The position numbers and the translations under genes were made by a program. The notes under the pieces were generated by a model. It was not told the origin of the DNA and searched no databases. It saw only the letters and a program-made list of their open reading frames with translations. A DNA stretch of 64,000 bases, taken from positions 6,087 through 70,086 of the forward strand of contig JAHHQX010000001.1 in assembly GCA_020026155.1 (NCBI GenBank), in the 5' to 3' direction. The stretch is from Actinobacillus sp. (GTDB lineage Bacteria; Pseudomonadota; Gammaproteobacteria; Enterobacterales; Pasteurellaceae). Shown here one piece after another: positions 1 to 12,373 of the stretch; position 1 is the first letter of the stretch, and every line of letters starts with the position of its first letter.

Positions 1-363
1 AAAGGAAGTAAAATTGCTATTCTTAACTTTGGTACTTTATTACCACAAGTACAAGAGGTGGCCGATAAATTAGATGCTACGGTGATTGATATGCGTTTTG
101 TGAAACCATTGGATACGGCAAAACTTGATGAACTAGTACGTGATCATGATGTACTGGTTACAGTCGAAGAAAATGCTATTCGCGGGGGAGCAGGCAGTGC
201 AGTAGGGGAATACCTATTTGAAAAACAATATATGGTTAAATTGTTAAACCTTGGATTACCAGATTTCTTTGTACCACAAGGTTCTCAATGTGAGATGCTC
301 GCTGAGCTGAAGCTAGATGCGAAAGGTATTGAAGAGCAGATTCGTCAGTTTATCGAAAAATAA
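1..363 (+). CDS. dxs: 1-deoxy-D-xylulose-5-phosphate synthase, C-terminal fragment (5' end lies outside the window)
   Basis: The frame is open from base 1. The translation ...[51 protein letters not shown] matches the conserved Dxs C-terminus. Confidence 0.9.
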   Translation, partial: KGSKIAILNFGTLLPQVQEVADKLDATVIDMRFVKPLDTAKLDELVRDHDVLVTVEENAIRGGAGSAVGEYLFEKQYMVKLLNLGLPDFFVPQGSQCEMLAELKLDAKGIEEQIRQFIEK

Positions 364-376
364 ATACTAAAATAAA

Positions 377-406
377 AACCAGTTAGCGTATAACTGGTTT
401 TTTTCT
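377..406 (+). terminator. Rho-independent terminator after dxs
   Basis: There is a 9-bp stem (aaccagtta / taactggtt) with a 5-nt loop, followed by a T-run. An A-run upstream makes it potentially bidirectional. Confidence 0.6.
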
Positions 407-409
407 GTC

Positions 410-826
410 TTAGTGAAGTGAATTGTTGCGGCGTTTTTCCGCTGCTTTTCGTGCAATGAGTTGATCAGCACGGGAGCGCAATTGTGGTTTTTCACGTAAA
501 CGCTGTTCTTGTGGACTCATCATTGGCGTGATGGGAAGTATTTTTTTATCCGCTGGCGTTTTCTTTTTACCGATACTTTTAAATAGATTAATAATGCTGT
601 AAATGACAGCAAATAAGCTTCCTAGAATGATCGCCCATTTTGTTAAAAGCGCGTATTTTAACAAATAAAGTTGTTTGGTAACGGTAAGATAGTTAACAAC
701 ATCTCCGTAGATACTATTTGCAAAGAAAGCGAAAAGTAGTAGCAGAATAATAATGCTTACAAGTTTACGAAAACGGAAAAGATAATACCAAATTAGCGCA
801 GACTTAACTTGTTTAAACATAGGCAT
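410..826 (-). CDS. Hypothetical inner-membrane protein with two or three hydrophobic segments and a basic C-terminal tail
   Basis: This 138-aa ORF is co-oriented with era and packed close to it. It has hydrophobic helices and a Lys/Arg-rich tail. I recognise no family. Confidence 0.5.
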   Translation of the reverse strand: MPMFKQVKSALIWYYLFRFRKLVSIIILLLLFAFFANSIYGDVVNYLTVTKQLYLLKYALLTKWAIILGSLFAVIYSIINLFKSIGKKKTPADKKILPITPMMSPQEQRLREKPQLRSRADQLIARKAAEKRRNNSLH

Positions 827-838
827 ATCCTATCTATT

Positions 839-1096
839 TTAAGGGAAAAGGCTGATTCCAAGTAAACTTAAAACAGCAATAAGACTCTTAGTTTTCAAGC
901 TATCAATAATTTTTCGTTCTTCATCTTCAATAATGATTTCTAGCTCATCATCGGAATAGTCTTCCAATGTTTGGTGATAAATCGCAAGGCGTGCTTTAGT
1001 TCGTTGAATTGCTTTGGCACGGATTTTATCAGCAACCGCTTTCTGAACGGGTTTGTAAGTAAAACGAGCAATGAAATCGGTCATTTCTTTAATCAT
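839..1096 (-). CDS. Hypothetical small tail-anchored protein
   Basis: I moved the start to the ATG at 1096 (MIKEMTDF...), which is preceded by AGGAG. The longer ORF start at 1126 lies inside a hairpin. The protein has an acidic middle region and a C-terminal hydrophobic segment. Confidence 0.5.
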   Translation of the reverse strand: MIKEMTDFIARFTYKPVQKAVADKIRAKAIQRTKARLAIYHQTLEDYSDDELEIIIEDEERKIIDSLKTKSLIAVLSLLGISLFP

Positions 1097-1111
1097 TTTT
1101 ACTCCTGTATT

Positions 1112-1139
1112 GAGAAAATGCCGCATTGAAATGCGGCAT
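1112..1139 (-). terminator. Hairpin (attenuator or terminator) just downstream of era
   Basis: There is a 9-bp perfect stem (atgccgcat / atgcggcat) with a 4-nt loop, followed by a short T-run on the minus strand. Confidence 0.45.
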
Positions 1140-1151
1140 GATTAGATATGA

Positions 1152-2084
1152 TTATTCTTCCATGTAGCCTAAACTACGTAATGCACGTTCATCATCGGCC
1201 CAGCCAGATTTCACTTTTACCCAAAGTTCTAAATGAACTTTATTGTCAAAAAGGCGTTCCATGTCTTGGCGAGCTTCGATACCAATAGTTTTAATTTTTT
1301 GACCATTCGCACCGATTACCATTTTCTTTTGACCTTCACGTTCTACTAAAATCAGCCCATTAATTTCGTAAGTCCCACGTTCATTTACTTTGAAACGTTC
1401 AATTTCAACAGTTACGGAATACGGTAATTCTTCTCCAGTAAAACGCATTAATTTTTCACGAATGATTTCAGAAGCCATGAAACGTTGTGAACGATCGGTA
1501 ACGTAATCTTCTGGATAATGGTGAATCCCTTCGCGAAGTGATTCACGGACAATTTTTTCAAGAATATCAATATTTTTACCTTTTTGTGCAGAAATAGGTA
1601 CGATATCTTTGAATGGGAATTTTTGACTCATTTCAGTTAAGAATGGCAATAATTCATCTTTATTCTTGATGTTATCGATTTTATTTACGGCTAAAACAAC
1701 AGGGGTTTTAACTTGGCGTAATTTGTTTAAAACCATTTCATCGTCATCTGTCCAGTGAGTACCATCTGTAAGGAAAATAATTAAATCAACATCACCAATG
1801 GTACTACTTGCTGCACGGTTCATTAGGCGATTAATTGCACGTTTTTCCTCAATATGTAATCCTGGAGTATCCACGTAAATCGCTTGGTATTTACCTTCTG
1901 TGTGGATACCTAAAATACGGTGACGAGTAGTTTGTGCTTTTTTAGAGGTAATAGAAATTTTTTGACCTAAAATGCGGTTAAGTAGGGTAGATTTACCCAC
2001 ATTAGGGCGTCCTACGATAGCAATAAATCCGCAGTAAGTTTTTTCACTATTATTTTGTTTGTCTGTCATGAGTTTTCCTATCAT
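1152..2084 (-). CDS. era: GTPase Era
   Basis: The G1 motif [13 protein letters not shown] and NKID are present, along with a KH-like C-terminus. It sits in the rnc-era synteny. Confidence 0.95.
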   Translation of the reverse strand: MIGKLMTDKQNNSEKTYCGFIAIVGRPNVGKSTLLNRILGQKISITSKKAQTTRHRILGIHTEGKYQAIYVDTPGLHIEEKRAINRLMNRAASSTIGDVDLIIFLTDGTHWTDDDEMVLNKLRQVKTPVVLAVNKIDNIKNKDELLPFLTEMSQKFPFKDIVPISAQKGKNIDILEKIVRESLREGIHHYPEDYVTDRSQRFMASEIIREKLMRFTGEELPYSVTVEIERFKVNERGTYEINGLILVEREGQKKMVIGANGQKIKTIGIEARQDMERLFDNKVHLELWVKVKSGWADDERALRSLGYMEE

Positions 2085-2096
2085 TCAAAACAAAGG

Positions 2097-2777
2097 TTAT
2101 TTTGTTTTGGTGAGTAATTCTTGAAGAATCAAGTTCGCTGCTTCTTGTTCTGCTTTACGACGACTTGTTCCTTCCGCAATTACGGTTTTATTTAAATGTT
2201 TGATTTCGCATTTAACCGTAAATATCTGGTTATGGGCTTTACCTGTTGTATTAATAACTTCGTAGCTTGGTAAAGCAAGATGTTTAGCTTGTAAATATTC
2301 TTGTAAGCGTGTTTTGGGATCTTTTTGTTCTTCGCCTGGTTTAATTTCAGCAAGAAGGTCCATATACCAATTTTTTACAACATTGGTCGCCGTTTGTAGA
2401 TCTTTATCTAAAGAAATGGCACCAATAATCGCCTCTACAGCATCAGCGAGGATAGAATCACGGCGGAAACCACCACTTTTTAACTCACCAGGACCTAAAA
2501 CAATATATTCACTCAAATTAAAACGATGAGCGAGTATTACAAGCGTTTTTTCACGGACGAGGGTAGCACGCATGCGACTAAGTTCACCCTCATTACAATT
2601 TGGGAACTGGTTATAAAGTGCCTGTGCGATGGTTAAATTTAATATTCCATCGCCAAGAAACTCTAAACGTTCGTTATGTTTCTTAGCGGCACTCCGATGA
2701 GTGAGTGCCAGCTTAAGTAATTGTGGATCTTCAAATTGATATTGGAGACTTTTTTGTAATTTATCGTTATTTTTCAT
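2097..2777 (-). CDS. rnc: Ribonuclease III
   Basis: The RNase III signature ERLEFLGDG and a dsRBD C-terminus are present. I trimmed the start to the ATG at 2777 (MKNNDKLQK...), which abuts the lepB stop. Confidence 0.95.
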   Translation of the reverse strand: MKNNDKLQKSLQYQFEDPQLLKLALTHRSAAKKHNERLEFLGDGILNLTIAQALYNQFPNCNEGELSRMRATLVREKTLVILAHRFNLSEYIVLGPGELKSGGFRRDSILADAVEAIIGAISLDKDLQTATNVVKNWYMDLLAEIKPGEEQKDPKTRLQEYLQAKHLALPSYEVINTTGKAHNQIFTVKCEIKHLNKTVIAEGTSRRKAEQEAANLILQELLTKTK

Positions 2778-2779
2778 TA

Positions 2780-3811
2780 TTAATAAATGCCCATTAAGAA
2801 ACGATCTGTACGGATACCGGTAGGCCATTCATTCGGTTTTTTCTTTAAACTTAACCAAATAAAAGTTGCTTTCCCGACTAAATTTTGTTCTGGAACAAAT
2901 CCCCAGAAGCGACTATCGTAACTATTGTTACGGTTGTCCCCCATAACGAAGTAATGTTTAGCAGGAACGATCCAGTGTGTTACATAACCTTTTTGATCTG
3001 CATAATCATGATAGTACGGCATTTCATTTGGATTTGGTTGATCCCAAAGAATATCATGAGAAATGTTTTGCATATCTGTTTCATGCACCAAGAGAGGATG
3101 CATATCGCTATAAATCATTTTACCATCTGGGGTTTGACCAAGAACTTGGTAAAAATCTTTATCTGGAACAGGTTTACTATAGAAAAATTGTTGTACTTCA
3201 CAATCTTTCGTGCAAGGTTTTCCATCTTTATTTAAAACAACCATTAAGTGACGATTTTGGCTATCATAGAAAACTTGATCGCCTGGCAAACCAATAATAC
3301 GTTTAATATAATCTTGGCTTGGACTATCGGGCGCTTTAAATACGACTACATCACCACGTTGTGGTTCACCCGTTTTAATCAGTGTTTTTCCAAAAATAGG
3401 ATCACGTACACCATAAGCGTATTTTTCTACGAGTAGGAAATCACCAACGCGTAATGTGGGTTTCATTGAACCTGATGGAATTTGGAAGGGTTCAAAGAAA
3501 AATGAACGAAAAATCCAGATTAAAAATAAAACCCAAAAGAGCGAAGCAAACGTTTCGGTTGGCTCCGCTGCTTTTAAGCGAGCTTGTTGCTCTTCAGGTG
3601 TCAATGCAATACCATTTGCCTCATCTTCGGCTAATTGTTTTTTAGCACGCGGTAAGACATAAAAACGTTTATAGCACCAAAATGCGCCACAAAAGAAAGT
3701 CACGAGCGTCAATACAATAGACATACTATTCGCAGCACCCATGGCTTCAAAAATTTTCCAGCCAATAACAGCAGCAATAATTAGCAAAATAAAGGCAATA
3801 TTTGATTTCAT
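2780..3811 (-). CDS. lepB: Signal peptidase I
   Basis: It has N-terminal TM helices, the catalytic box [10 protein letters not shown], and the [14 protein letters not shown] box. It sits in the lepA-lepB synteny. Confidence 0.95.
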   Translation of the reverse strand: MKSNIAFILLIIAAVIGWKIFEAMGAANSMSIVLTLVTFFCGAFWCYKRFYVLPRAKKQLAEDEANGIALTPEEQQARLKAAEPTETFASLFWVLFLIWIFRSFFFEPFQIPSGSMKPTLRVGDFLLVEKYAYGVRDPIFGKTLIKTGEPQRGDVVVFKAPDSPSQDYIKRIIGLPGDQVFYDSQNRHLMVVLNKDGKPCTKDCEVQQFFYSKPVPDKDFYQVLGQTPDGKMIYSDMHPLLVHETDMQNISHDILWDQPNPNEMPYYHDYADQKGYVTHWIVPAKHYFVMGDNRNNSYDSRFWGFVPEQNLVGKATFIWLSLKKKPNEWPTGIRTDRFLMGIY

Positions 3812-3827
3812 TGAAAATCCTTATGAA

Positions 3828-5621
3828 TTAATCTTTACCCACATGAAGAATAGCTAAAAACGCATCTTGTGGAACTTCAACGTTACCTAAAGATTTCATT
3901 CGTTTTTTACCTTCTTTTTGTTTTTGTAGTAGTTTTTTCTTACGGCTTACGTCACCACCATAACATTTAGCCAACACGTTTTTACGTAATTGTTTAACGG
4001 TTGAACGTGCAATAATATGATTACCGATTGCCGCTTGAATTGCGATATCAAATTGTTGACGTGGAATAAGTTCTTTCATTTTTTCCACTAATTCACGTCC
4101 ACGATAGGCCGCATTATCTTTATGTACGATCAATGCGAGTGCATCGACACGATCGCCATTGATCATGATGTCCACACGAACCATATCCGCCGCTTGGAAT
4201 TTTTTAAAGTTATAATCCAAAGATGCGTATCCTCGAGAGGTAGATTTCAAGCGGTCAAAGAAATCAAGCACCACTTCACCCATCGGGATTTCATAAGTTA
4301 ATGCAACTTGGTTACCATGGTATACCATATTGGTCTGAACACCGCGTTTTTCAACACAAAGGGTAATAACATTTCCTAAATATTCTTGCGGAACCAAAAT
4401 ATTACATTCCGCAATAGGTTCACGGATTTGCGCGATATTATTTAACGGCGGTAGTTTTGACGGACTATCTACATAGACAACATCACCGTTAGTTTGTTCC
4501 ACTTCATACACTACAGTTGGTGCAGTTGTAATCAAATCAAGATCATATTCGCGTTCTAAACGTTCTTGAATGATTTCCATGTGAAGTAAACCTAAGAAAC
4601 CACAACGGAAACCAAAACCAAGCGCAGTAGAGGTTTCTGGTTCATAGAAGAGGGATGCATCGTTAAGGCTTAATTTACCTAACGCATCACGGAAAGCTTC
4701 GTAATCATCAGAGCTGATAGGGAATAATCCTGCATATACTTGTGGTTTTACTTTTTGGAAACCAGGTAAAACGTGTTCCGCTGGATTGCTTGCAAGTGTG
4801 AGGGTATCGCCAACGGGTGCGCCAAGGATATCTTTGATAGCACATACAACCCAACCTACTTCGCCTGTTTTTAATTCAGTCGTATCCACTTGTTTTGGTG
4901 TAAAAATACCAAGACGATCAACGTTATAAGTTTGTCCTGTAGACATCACCTTAATTTTATCGCCTTTTTTCAATACACCGTTCTTAACACGAACCAAAGA
5001 TACAACACCAAGATAGTTATCGAACCAAGAGTCGATAATAAGGGCTTGAAGTGGCGCATCTGGATCACCTTCAGGTGCTGGAATTTTATGAACAATATCT
5101 TCTAATACAGCATCAATTCCCACCCCTGTTTTTGCAGAACAGCGCACAGCATCCATGGCATCAATGCCCACGATGTCTTCAATTTCTTCAGCAACGCGTT
5201 CTGGTTCGGCAGCTGGTAAGTCAATTTTATTTAAAACTGGTACGACTTCTAGATTCATGCCAATTGCGGTATAGCAGTTAGCTAAGGTTTGCGCTTCAAC
5301 ACCTTGTCCTGCATCAACCACAAGTAATGCCCCTTCGCAGGCAGCGAGTGAACGTGATACTTCATAAGAAAAGTCTACGTGTCCCGGAGTATCGATAAAG
5401 TTTAATTGATAGGTTTCACCGTCTTTTGCTGTGTAGTTTAACGTTACACTTTGTGCTTTGATGGTAATACCACGCTCACGTTCTAGATCCATTGAGTCTA
5501 AAACTTGCGCTTCCATCTCGCGATCTGAAAGACCGCCACAAGTCTGGATAAGACGATCGGAAAGTGTCGATTTCCCATGGTCAATATGAGCAATAATAGA
5601 AAAATTACGAATGTTCTTCAT
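3828..5621 (-). CDS. lepA: Elongation factor 4 (LepA)
   Basis: The N-terminus [23 protein letters not shown] and the DTPGHVDF and NKID motifs are present. I trimmed the start to the ATG at 5621, because the ORF-track N-terminal extension is hydrophobic and unlikely to be real. Confidence 0.95.
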   Translation of the reverse strand: MKNIRNFSIIAHIDHGKSTLSDRLIQTCGGLSDREMEAQVLDSMDLERERGITIKAQSVTLNYTAKDGETYQLNFIDTPGHVDFSYEVSRSLAACEGALLVVDAGQGVEAQTLANCYTAIGMNLEVVPVLNKIDLPAAEPERVAEEIEDIVGIDAMDAVRCSAKTGVGIDAVLEDIVHKIPAPEGDPDAPLQALIIDSWFDNYLGVVSLVRVKNGVLKKGDKIKVMSTGQTYNVDRLGIFTPKQVDTTELKTGEVGWVVCAIKDILGAPVGDTLTLASNPAEHVLPGFQKVKPQVYAGLFPISSDDYEAFRDALGKLSLNDASLFYEPETSTALGFGFRCGFLGLLHMEIIQERLEREYDLDLITTAPTVVYEVEQTNGDVVYVDSPSKLPPLNNIAQIREPIAECNILVPQEYLGNVITLCVEKRGVQTNMVYHGNQVALTYEIPMGEVVLDFFDRLKSTSRGYASLDYNFKKFQAADMVRVDIMINGDRVDALALIVHKDNAAYRGRELVEKMKELIPRQQFDIAIQAAIGNHIIARSTVKQLRKNVLAKCYGGDVSRKKKLLQKQKEGKKRMKSLGNVEVPQDAFLAILHVGKD

Positions 5622-5712
5622 TGAGTTCATAGTTATTGTGTTTGTGTCAAGTAATAAAATAAGTAAAAAACCGATTGTACCTGAAACCAACGCGTTAGGC
5701 TATGATTTTCCC

Positions 5713-5740
5713 ACGCCAACATTTTCGGAAAAATTTATGC
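5713..5740 (+). repeat. Copy of the dispersed intergenic repeat (ACGCCCC-N-ATTTTCGGAAAAATTTATGC family)
   Basis: The sequence is acgccaacattttcggaaaaatttatgc, located in the lepA / ybbN-like intergenic region. Confidence 0.6.
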
Positions 5741-5891
5741 AAAATCAGGAGGAGAAAATAATTGCTTTGCGATGAGAAGGGGAGAGCGATGAGGAAATCA
5801 CCGATATTTTTTTATACGGTGAGAAAGCGTATTCTAAAGTAAGAAAATTCGCTACAATGGCGATATAAATATTTACTAGAGGACGGAGATT

Positions 5892-6743
5892 ATGCAATCC
5901 CAATTTATTGAAATTACAGAACAAAATATTTCTCAGGTACTACAAAGCTCTCAGCAAATTCCTGTTGTATTAAATTTCTATGCGCCAAGCATGCCAGAAA
6001 CGGTTGCTTTTTTAGATAAGCTAAAAAAAATTGAAAATCAATATGCTGGACAGTTTATTCTGGCGGCCGTTAACTGTGAAACGCAACAACGCTTAGCAGC
6101 TCAATTCCAACTTCAAACTTTACCGACCACTTATCTTTTCAAAGCAGGTAAACCGATTGATGCAATTCAGGGACCGCTAGACGATGCACAGCTTATGCAA
6201 CATTTAAAGGCGATTTTACCAAGTGAAGATGAGCTAAAATTTCAACAAGCGCTAGAATATATTGAAAAAGGAGATCTCGCCCAAGCCCTCCCACTTTTGA
6301 AGGAAGCATGGCAACTAAGTGATAAGAAAAATCCAGAAATTGCGTTTATTTATGCTGAAACGTATTTAACGTTAAAACGTGCTGAAGCTGCATTAGAAAT
6401 CTTAGATCAAGTAAAATTAGAAGATCGTAATGCTCAGTGGCAAGAAATTCATGCTCAGGCAGAACTTTTACTCAAAGCTGCCGATACACCAGAAATTCAG
6501 CAACTTCAAGCTGAATACACAAAAGATCATCAACCTGCTACCGCTTTAAAACTTGCGATTGCTTTACATCAGGTGGGTAAGAGTGAAGATGCCTTAGCGT
6601 TATTATTTAGTATTTTGCAACAAGACTTACAGGCAGAAAATGGCGAAGTAAAAAAAGAATTCTTAGAAATACTAACCGCATTGGGAAATGGGGATGCGAT
6701 TACCAGCCAATATCGCCGTAAATTGTATTCCCTACTTTATTAA
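5892..6743 (+). CDS. Thioredoxin-domain / TPR co-chaperone (YbbN/CnoX-like)
   Basis: The 283-aa protein has an N-terminal thioredoxin-like fold without a CxxC motif and a TPR-like helical C-terminus. This size and architecture resemble E. coli YbbN. Confidence 0.7.
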   Translation: MQSQFIEITEQNISQVLQSSQQIPVVLNFYAPSMPETVAFLDKLKKIENQYAGQFILAAVNCETQQRLAAQFQLQTLPTTYLFKAGKPIDAIQGPLDDAQLMQHLKAILPSEDELKFQQALEYIEKGDLAQALPLLKEAWQLSDKKNPEIAFIYAETYLTLKRAEAALEILDQVKLEDRNAQWQEIHAQAELLLKAADTPEIQQLQAEYTKDHQPATALKLAIALHQVGKSEDALALLFSILQQDLQAENGEVKKEFLEILTALGNGDAITSQYRRKLYSLLY

Positions 6744-6784
6744 TCAATTATTTTGTATAAAATGAGAGAAAAAGTACCTCTTAG

Positions 6785-7753
<969 letters not shown>

Positions 7754-7813
7754 TTTTTAAAAATGGAGGGCGATTATTGCCCTCTTTCTTTGTACTTTTT
7801 TTATTTAATGATT

Positions 7814-9595
7814 ATGGAAAAGACACGTCAACGTTACTTACAAAAATGGCTGACTGAACAAAAAGCACCAGTCAAGAAATGGTTAAGTATTAATGTATTA
7901 CTCGCAAGTTTGTCTTCACTCATTTTGGTTGGACAAACCTATTGCTTTGCAATGATATTGCAGGCGCTAATTATCAAACATCAAGATCGCCAACAATTGG
8001 GGGCGTATTTTATTGGTATTGTGCTAGGATTTGTTATTCGTGCCATTATTCTTTATTGGCGTGAACGTATCGGATTTCGTTGTGGGCGAGAAGTTCGAAA
8101 TCATATTCGGCAACAAATTTTTAATAAAATTGCCGCAGTTGGACCGGCGACAATCAATAATAAGCCCGCGGGAAGTTGGGCAACGATTATGTTGGAGCAG
8201 GTGGAAAATTTACATAATTTTTATGCCCGCTATTTACCGCAACAAAGTTTATCGGCCATTGTTCCCGTGATTATCATTATCGCGGTTTTCCCATTTAACT
8301 GGGCAGCCGCCTTGATTTTAATTCTTACTGCACCATTAATCCCACTTTTTATGATTTTAGTTGGGATGGCTGCAGCAGAAAGTAGCCAACAGAATATGGA
8401 TGTATTGGCAAAATTGAGTGCGCAGTTTTTGGATCGTCTTCGCGGTTTAGAAACCTTACGCTTATTCAATAAAACCGCAGAACAAACAGAGCATATTGAA
8501 GAGAGTACGGAAGATTTCCGTGAAACCACCATGGACGTATTGAAAAAAGCATTTCTTTCTTCTGCAGTTCTAGAATTTTTCACGTCTATCTCTATCGCTT
8601 TGATGGCAGTTTATTTCGGATTTAGCTATCTTGGTCAAATTGGATTTGGAAGTTACGGTGCAGCCGTAAGTTTATTTGCTGGCTTCTTCTGTTTAACCTT
8701 AGCGCCAGAGTTCTATCAGCCTTTACGTGATCTTGGCACTTATTATCACGATCGTGCAGCGGGAATTGGGGCAGCAGATGTTATTGTCGATTTCTTGGAA
8801 GCAGATTATGTCACTGCTCAAAACCCTGACGCTACCAAAATCGATAAAAATTTTGCAGAAAAATTACATGCAGGATTATCAATTTACGCTCATGATTTAG
8901 TGGTTCTCTCTCCAGCGGGTAAACCATTAACGCAGCCACTTAATTTTGAATTACCAGCGCATTCACTTACAGCATTAGTAGGACAAAGTGGGGCAGGTAA
9001 AACATCGCTAGTGAATGTACTCTTGGGTTTCTTAGCTTATGAAGGCAGCCTAAAAATCAATGGTAAAGAATTGCGTGACTTAGACTTAGCTGATTGGCGC
9101 AGTTTTATTGCGTGGGTAGGTCAAAATCCTGTATTACTACAAGGGACCTTACGCGAGAATTTATTATTAGGTAATGAACATGTATCGGAAAGTGAGCTTC
9201 ATACTGCGCTTGAACAAGCCCAAGCACTAGAGTTTACCGAACAAATTGGGCTTGATACGGAAATCAACGAACATGGGGTAGGGCTTTCTGTCGGGCAGGC
9301 GCAACGCCTTGCTATTGCTCGTGCTTTATTACGTCACGGGAACTTAATTTTACTTGATGAACCCACCGCAAGCCTAGATGCTCGCTCGGAAACACTTGTT
9401 TTAAATGCATTAGAAAAAATGAGTCGCGAACAAACAACATTAATGATTACGCACCGTATTGAAGACCTCAAACAATGCGATAACATTTTAGTGATGAAAG
9501 AGGGACAAATTGTTCAACAAGGGCGCTTTGAAGAACTAGAACATACTGGCTTCTTTGCTGAGCTTTTAGCACAACGACAACAGGATATTCAATAA
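7814..9595 (+). CDS. cydD: Cysteine/glutathione ABC exporter subunit CydD
   Basis: It has six TM segments plus an ABC domain (GQSGAGKTS, LSVGQAQR, LLLDEP). The N-terminus MEKTRQRYLQKWL aligns with the E. coli CydD start, so I trimmed the start to 7814. Confidence 0.85.
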   Translation: MEKTRQRYLQKWLTEQKAPVKKWLSINVLLASLSSLILVGQTYCFAMILQALIIKHQDRQQLGAYFIGIVLGFVIRAIILYWRERIGFRCGREVRNHIRQQIFNKIAAVGPATINNKPAGSWATIMLEQVENLHNFYARYLPQQSLSAIVPVIIIIAVFPFNWAAALILILTAPLIPLFMILVGMAAAESSQQNMDVLAKLSAQFLDRLRGLETLRLFNKTAEQTEHIEESTEDFRETTMDVLKKAFLSSAVLEFFTSISIALMAVYFGFSYLGQIGFGSYGAAVSLFAGFFCLTLAPEFYQPLRDLGTYYHDRAAGIGAADVIVDFLEADYVTAQNPDATKIDKNFAEKLHAGLSIYAHDLVVLSPAGKPLTQPLNFELPAHSLTALVGQSGAGKTSLVNVLLGFLAYEGSLKINGKELRDLDLADWRSFIAWVGQNPVLLQGTLRENLLLGNEHVSESELHTALEQAQALEFTEQIGLDTEINEHGVGLSVGQAQRLAIARALLRHGNLILLDEPTASLDARSETLVLNALEKMSREQTTLMITHRIEDLKQCDNILVMKEGQIVQQGRFEELEHTGFFAELLAQRQQDIQ

Positions 9596-11343
9596 TGCGA
9601 ACTTTATTGCCTTTTATACGTTTATTTAAATATGCGAAATGGCCACTTTTTGCTGGCATTATCTTAATGATCTTAGGGCTCGCTTCAAGCGTTGGCTTAT
9701 TAACCGTATCTGGTTGGTTTTTAGCTGCAACAGCGATTGCGGGTGCGGGAAGTTTATTTAACTTCTTCTATCCCTCTGCAACTGTACGTGGGTTAGCGAT
9801 CGGTCGTACAGTAGCTCGCTATGTTGAAAAAATCGTGACGCATGATGCAACTTTTCGTATTTTAGCAAAATTGCGCGTACAAGTTTTTCGTAAGATTATT
9901 CCATTAAGCCCTGCAGTGTTAGATCGCTATCGCCATAGTGATTTATTAAACCGCTTAGTGGCAGATGTGGATACATTAGATAATTTGTATTTGCGCGTGA
10001 TTGCACCTTTTATTACGGCTATTGTCATGATCGGAATTTTAACGTTTTCGTTAAGCCTTTTTGATGGACAACTTGCCTTAATTATCGGGATTACGCTTTT
10101 AGCATTACTTCTTATTATTCCTACTATTTTTTATCAACTAGGTAAAAAATTTGGGGAAGATTTAACAGAAGAACGTGCTCAATATCGCACTCAATTTGTT
10201 GAGTTTATTCAAGCTCAGGCAGAACTTTTATTATTCAATGCAGGTAAACATTGTCGTAAAAATATGGCGGAAACGGAAGAGAAATGGCAAGCTTTTCAGC
10301 AAAAAGAGGCCAATTTATCTGGACTTTCAACCGCATTGGTGATGTTTGCTAATGGGATGTTATTAGCGGTGGTATTATGGATTGCGGCGAAGACAGATTT
10401 TGCGGTTCATCTTGCCCCAGATAATCGCTTTTATCAGGCTTCTGTCATTGCGCTCTTTGCGTTTGCTGCGTTAGCAAGTTTTGAAATTTTAATGCCATTA
10501 GGCGCGGCTTTTTTACATATTGGCCAAATTGTTGCCTCGGCAAAACGGATTAATGAACTCACTGAACAACAACCGTTGGTGGTTTTTGATGGTGATAAGG
10601 TATTGAGTTTGCCAACTAAAGCACCTCTATTACAAATTGAGAATGTGAGTTTCCATTATCCAAGTCGAAAAGATTTTGCTTTGCAAAATATTCAATTAAC
10701 CTTTGAACAGGGCAAAAAAATTGCCATTTTAGGGAAAACGGGAAGTGGTAAGTCATCATTGCTTCAGCTTCTTGTGCGTAATTATAATCCAGAAAGTGGC
10801 AAAATCTTATTGGGAGGCGCACCCATTCAGGATTATACGCAAGATAGTTTGCGCGCGACATTTTGTTTCTTGACCCAACGCGTCCATGTTTTTAGTGACA
10901 CTTTGCGTAACAATTTACAAATTGCTAGCCAGACAGAAATTTCTGATGAAAAGATGCAAGCAGTTTTATTAAAAGTCGGATTGGATAAACTGGTGGCACA
11001 AGAGGAAGGGCTAGATATTTGGCTAGGTGAAGGTGGGCGTCCACTCTCTGGCGGGGAACAACGTCGATTAGGTTTGGCACGTATTTTACTTAATGATGCG
11101 CCAATTTTACTCTTAGATGAGCCGACTGAAGGTTTAGATCGTGAAACTGAACGTCATATTTTGTCATTAGTTTTTGAACATTGCCAAGATAAGACATTGA
11201 TCATGGTGACACATCGATTGACAGATATTGAACAATTTGATCAAATTTGTGTGATGGATAACGCCAAAGTCATGGAATGCGGTAGCTTTGATGAGCTTTA
11301 TCAACAAAGTGGGTATTTTAGACAATTACTTGATAGAATTTAG
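9595..11343 (+). CDS. cydC: Cysteine/glutathione ABC exporter subunit CydC
   Basis: Its start overlaps the cydD stop (ATAATG). It has a TM domain plus GKTGSGKSS, LSGGEQRR and LLLDEP. Confidence 0.85.
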   Translation: MRTLLPFIRLFKYAKWPLFAGIILMILGLASSVGLLTVSGWFLAATAIAGAGSLFNFFYPSATVRGLAIGRTVARYVEKIVTHDATFRILAKLRVQVFRKIIPLSPAVLDRYRHSDLLNRLVADVDTLDNLYLRVIAPFITAIVMIGILTFSLSLFDGQLALIIGITLLALLLIIPTIFYQLGKKFGEDLTEERAQYRTQFVEFIQAQAELLLFNAGKHCRKNMAETEEKWQAFQQKEANLSGLSTALVMFANGMLLAVVLWIAAKTDFAVHLAPDNRFYQASVIALFAFAALASFEILMPLGAAFLHIGQIVASAKRINELTEQQPLVVFDGDKVLSLPTKAPLLQIENVSFHYPSRKDFALQNIQLTFEQGKKIAILGKTGSGKSSLLQLLVRNYNPESGKILLGGAPIQDYTQDSLRATFCFLTQRVHVFSDTLRNNLQIASQTEISDEKMQAVLLKVGLDKLVAQEEGLDIWLGEGGRPLSGGEQRRLGLARILLNDAPILLLDEPTEGLDRETERHILSLVFEHCQDKTLIMVTHRLTDIEQFDQICVMDNAKVMECGSFDELYQQSGYFRQLLDRI

Positions 11344-11352
11344 GAAAATAAA

Positions 11353-11383
11353 AATAACTGGGCACAAACCCAGTTATTTTTTT
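11353..11383 (+). terminator. Rho-independent terminator after cydC
   Basis: There is a 10-bp stem (aataactggg / cccagttatt) with a 6-nt loop, followed by a T-run. Confidence 0.7.
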
Positions 11384-11411
11384 GCATAAATTTTTCTGAA
11401 AATGGGGGCGT
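11384..11411 (-). repeat. Copy of the dispersed intergenic repeat
   Basis: The reverse complement reads acgcccccattttcagaaaaatttatgc. It lies directly after the stop of the patatin-like gene. Confidence 0.6.
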
Positions 11412-11418
11412 AATTGGA

Positions 11419-12267
11419 TTAAGCCGCCAAATATTGTTGAAAAGCATTCCATGCAGACGACATATTTTCCACTCCCAGATCATACATAGCTTGGAGCTTT
11501 TCTGGATCTCGCTCAATGCGCGCTAAGTGGAGATCTTTTGTCGGGCGAACGACAAATATTTTGCCTTCAGCTTCTAATTTTTCAATAAGATCGAGTGTGG
11601 CATTATAATTTTTCCAACGGTTTAAAAGCGCCTCTGCAAGTTGTGGATGGCGAAAGTAGAAACTCTTAATAAGCCATTCTGCTTGAGGTTTTTTACGGTA
11701 TTCTTTTACCTGGGTAAGAACGACAATAATTTTTTTATAGCCCATGCGTAGGCATTCTTCAATCGGAATACTGTCCGCAATGCCACCATCAAGATAGCCG
11801 TGGCCATTTAGTTCAACAATTTGTGAAACAAAGGGCATTGCACCGCCTGCGCGAAGGGTATCGACTTGTGCGACGGGATCAGTAATGCGTACATATTCTG
11901 CTTTACCCGTATCAACATTCGTAATAGTGGCATAAAATTTGATAGGACTTTCTTTGAAGGTTTGGTTATCAAAAACATCTAATTTGAAGGGGATAAGAGA
12001 ATAGGCAAATTCGGTATTTACCATATTGCCACTGGTAAAAAAACTATACCATCCTAGATAGTGCTTATCATTAGCATATTTTAAATTATAACGAAGGGCA
12101 CGCTTGGGTTGTTTAGACGGGTAATTAATCCCAAATAATGCACCGGCTGAAACACCAATGACACTATCTGCCACAAAATTATGTTCAAGAAAAACATCTA
12201 GGACGCCATTGGTATACATACCACGCATTGCGCCACCTTCCAGGACTACACCGACTTTCTCCATCAA
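11419..12267 (-). CDS. Patatin-like phospholipase family protein
   Basis: The oxyanion motif GGAMRG, the nucleophile motif GVSAG and the downstream DGG (Asp of the Ser-Asp dyad) are present. Confidence 0.8.
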   Translation of the reverse strand: MMEKVGVVLEGGAMRGMYTNGVLDVFLEHNFVADSVIGVSAGALFGINYPSKQPKRALRYNLKYANDKHYLGWYSFFTSGNMVNTEFAYSLIPFKLDVFDNQTFKESPIKFYATITNVDTGKAEYVRITDPVAQVDTLRAGGAMPFVSQIVELNGHGYLDGGIADSIPIEECLRMGYKKIIVVLTQVKEYRKKPQAEWLIKSFYFRHPQLAEALLNRWKNYNATLDLIEKLEAEGKIFVVRPTKDLHLARIERDPEKLQAMYDLGVENMSSAWNAFQQYLAA

Positions 12268-12373
12268 TTTCTCCTATCTTTATCTTTTTTGAATATAAAA
12301 CAATCGGTTATTTTATGCCTTTATTCCTAAAAAGTTTAGTTTTTTCTAAAAAAAGTAACGCATTTTAAGTAAT

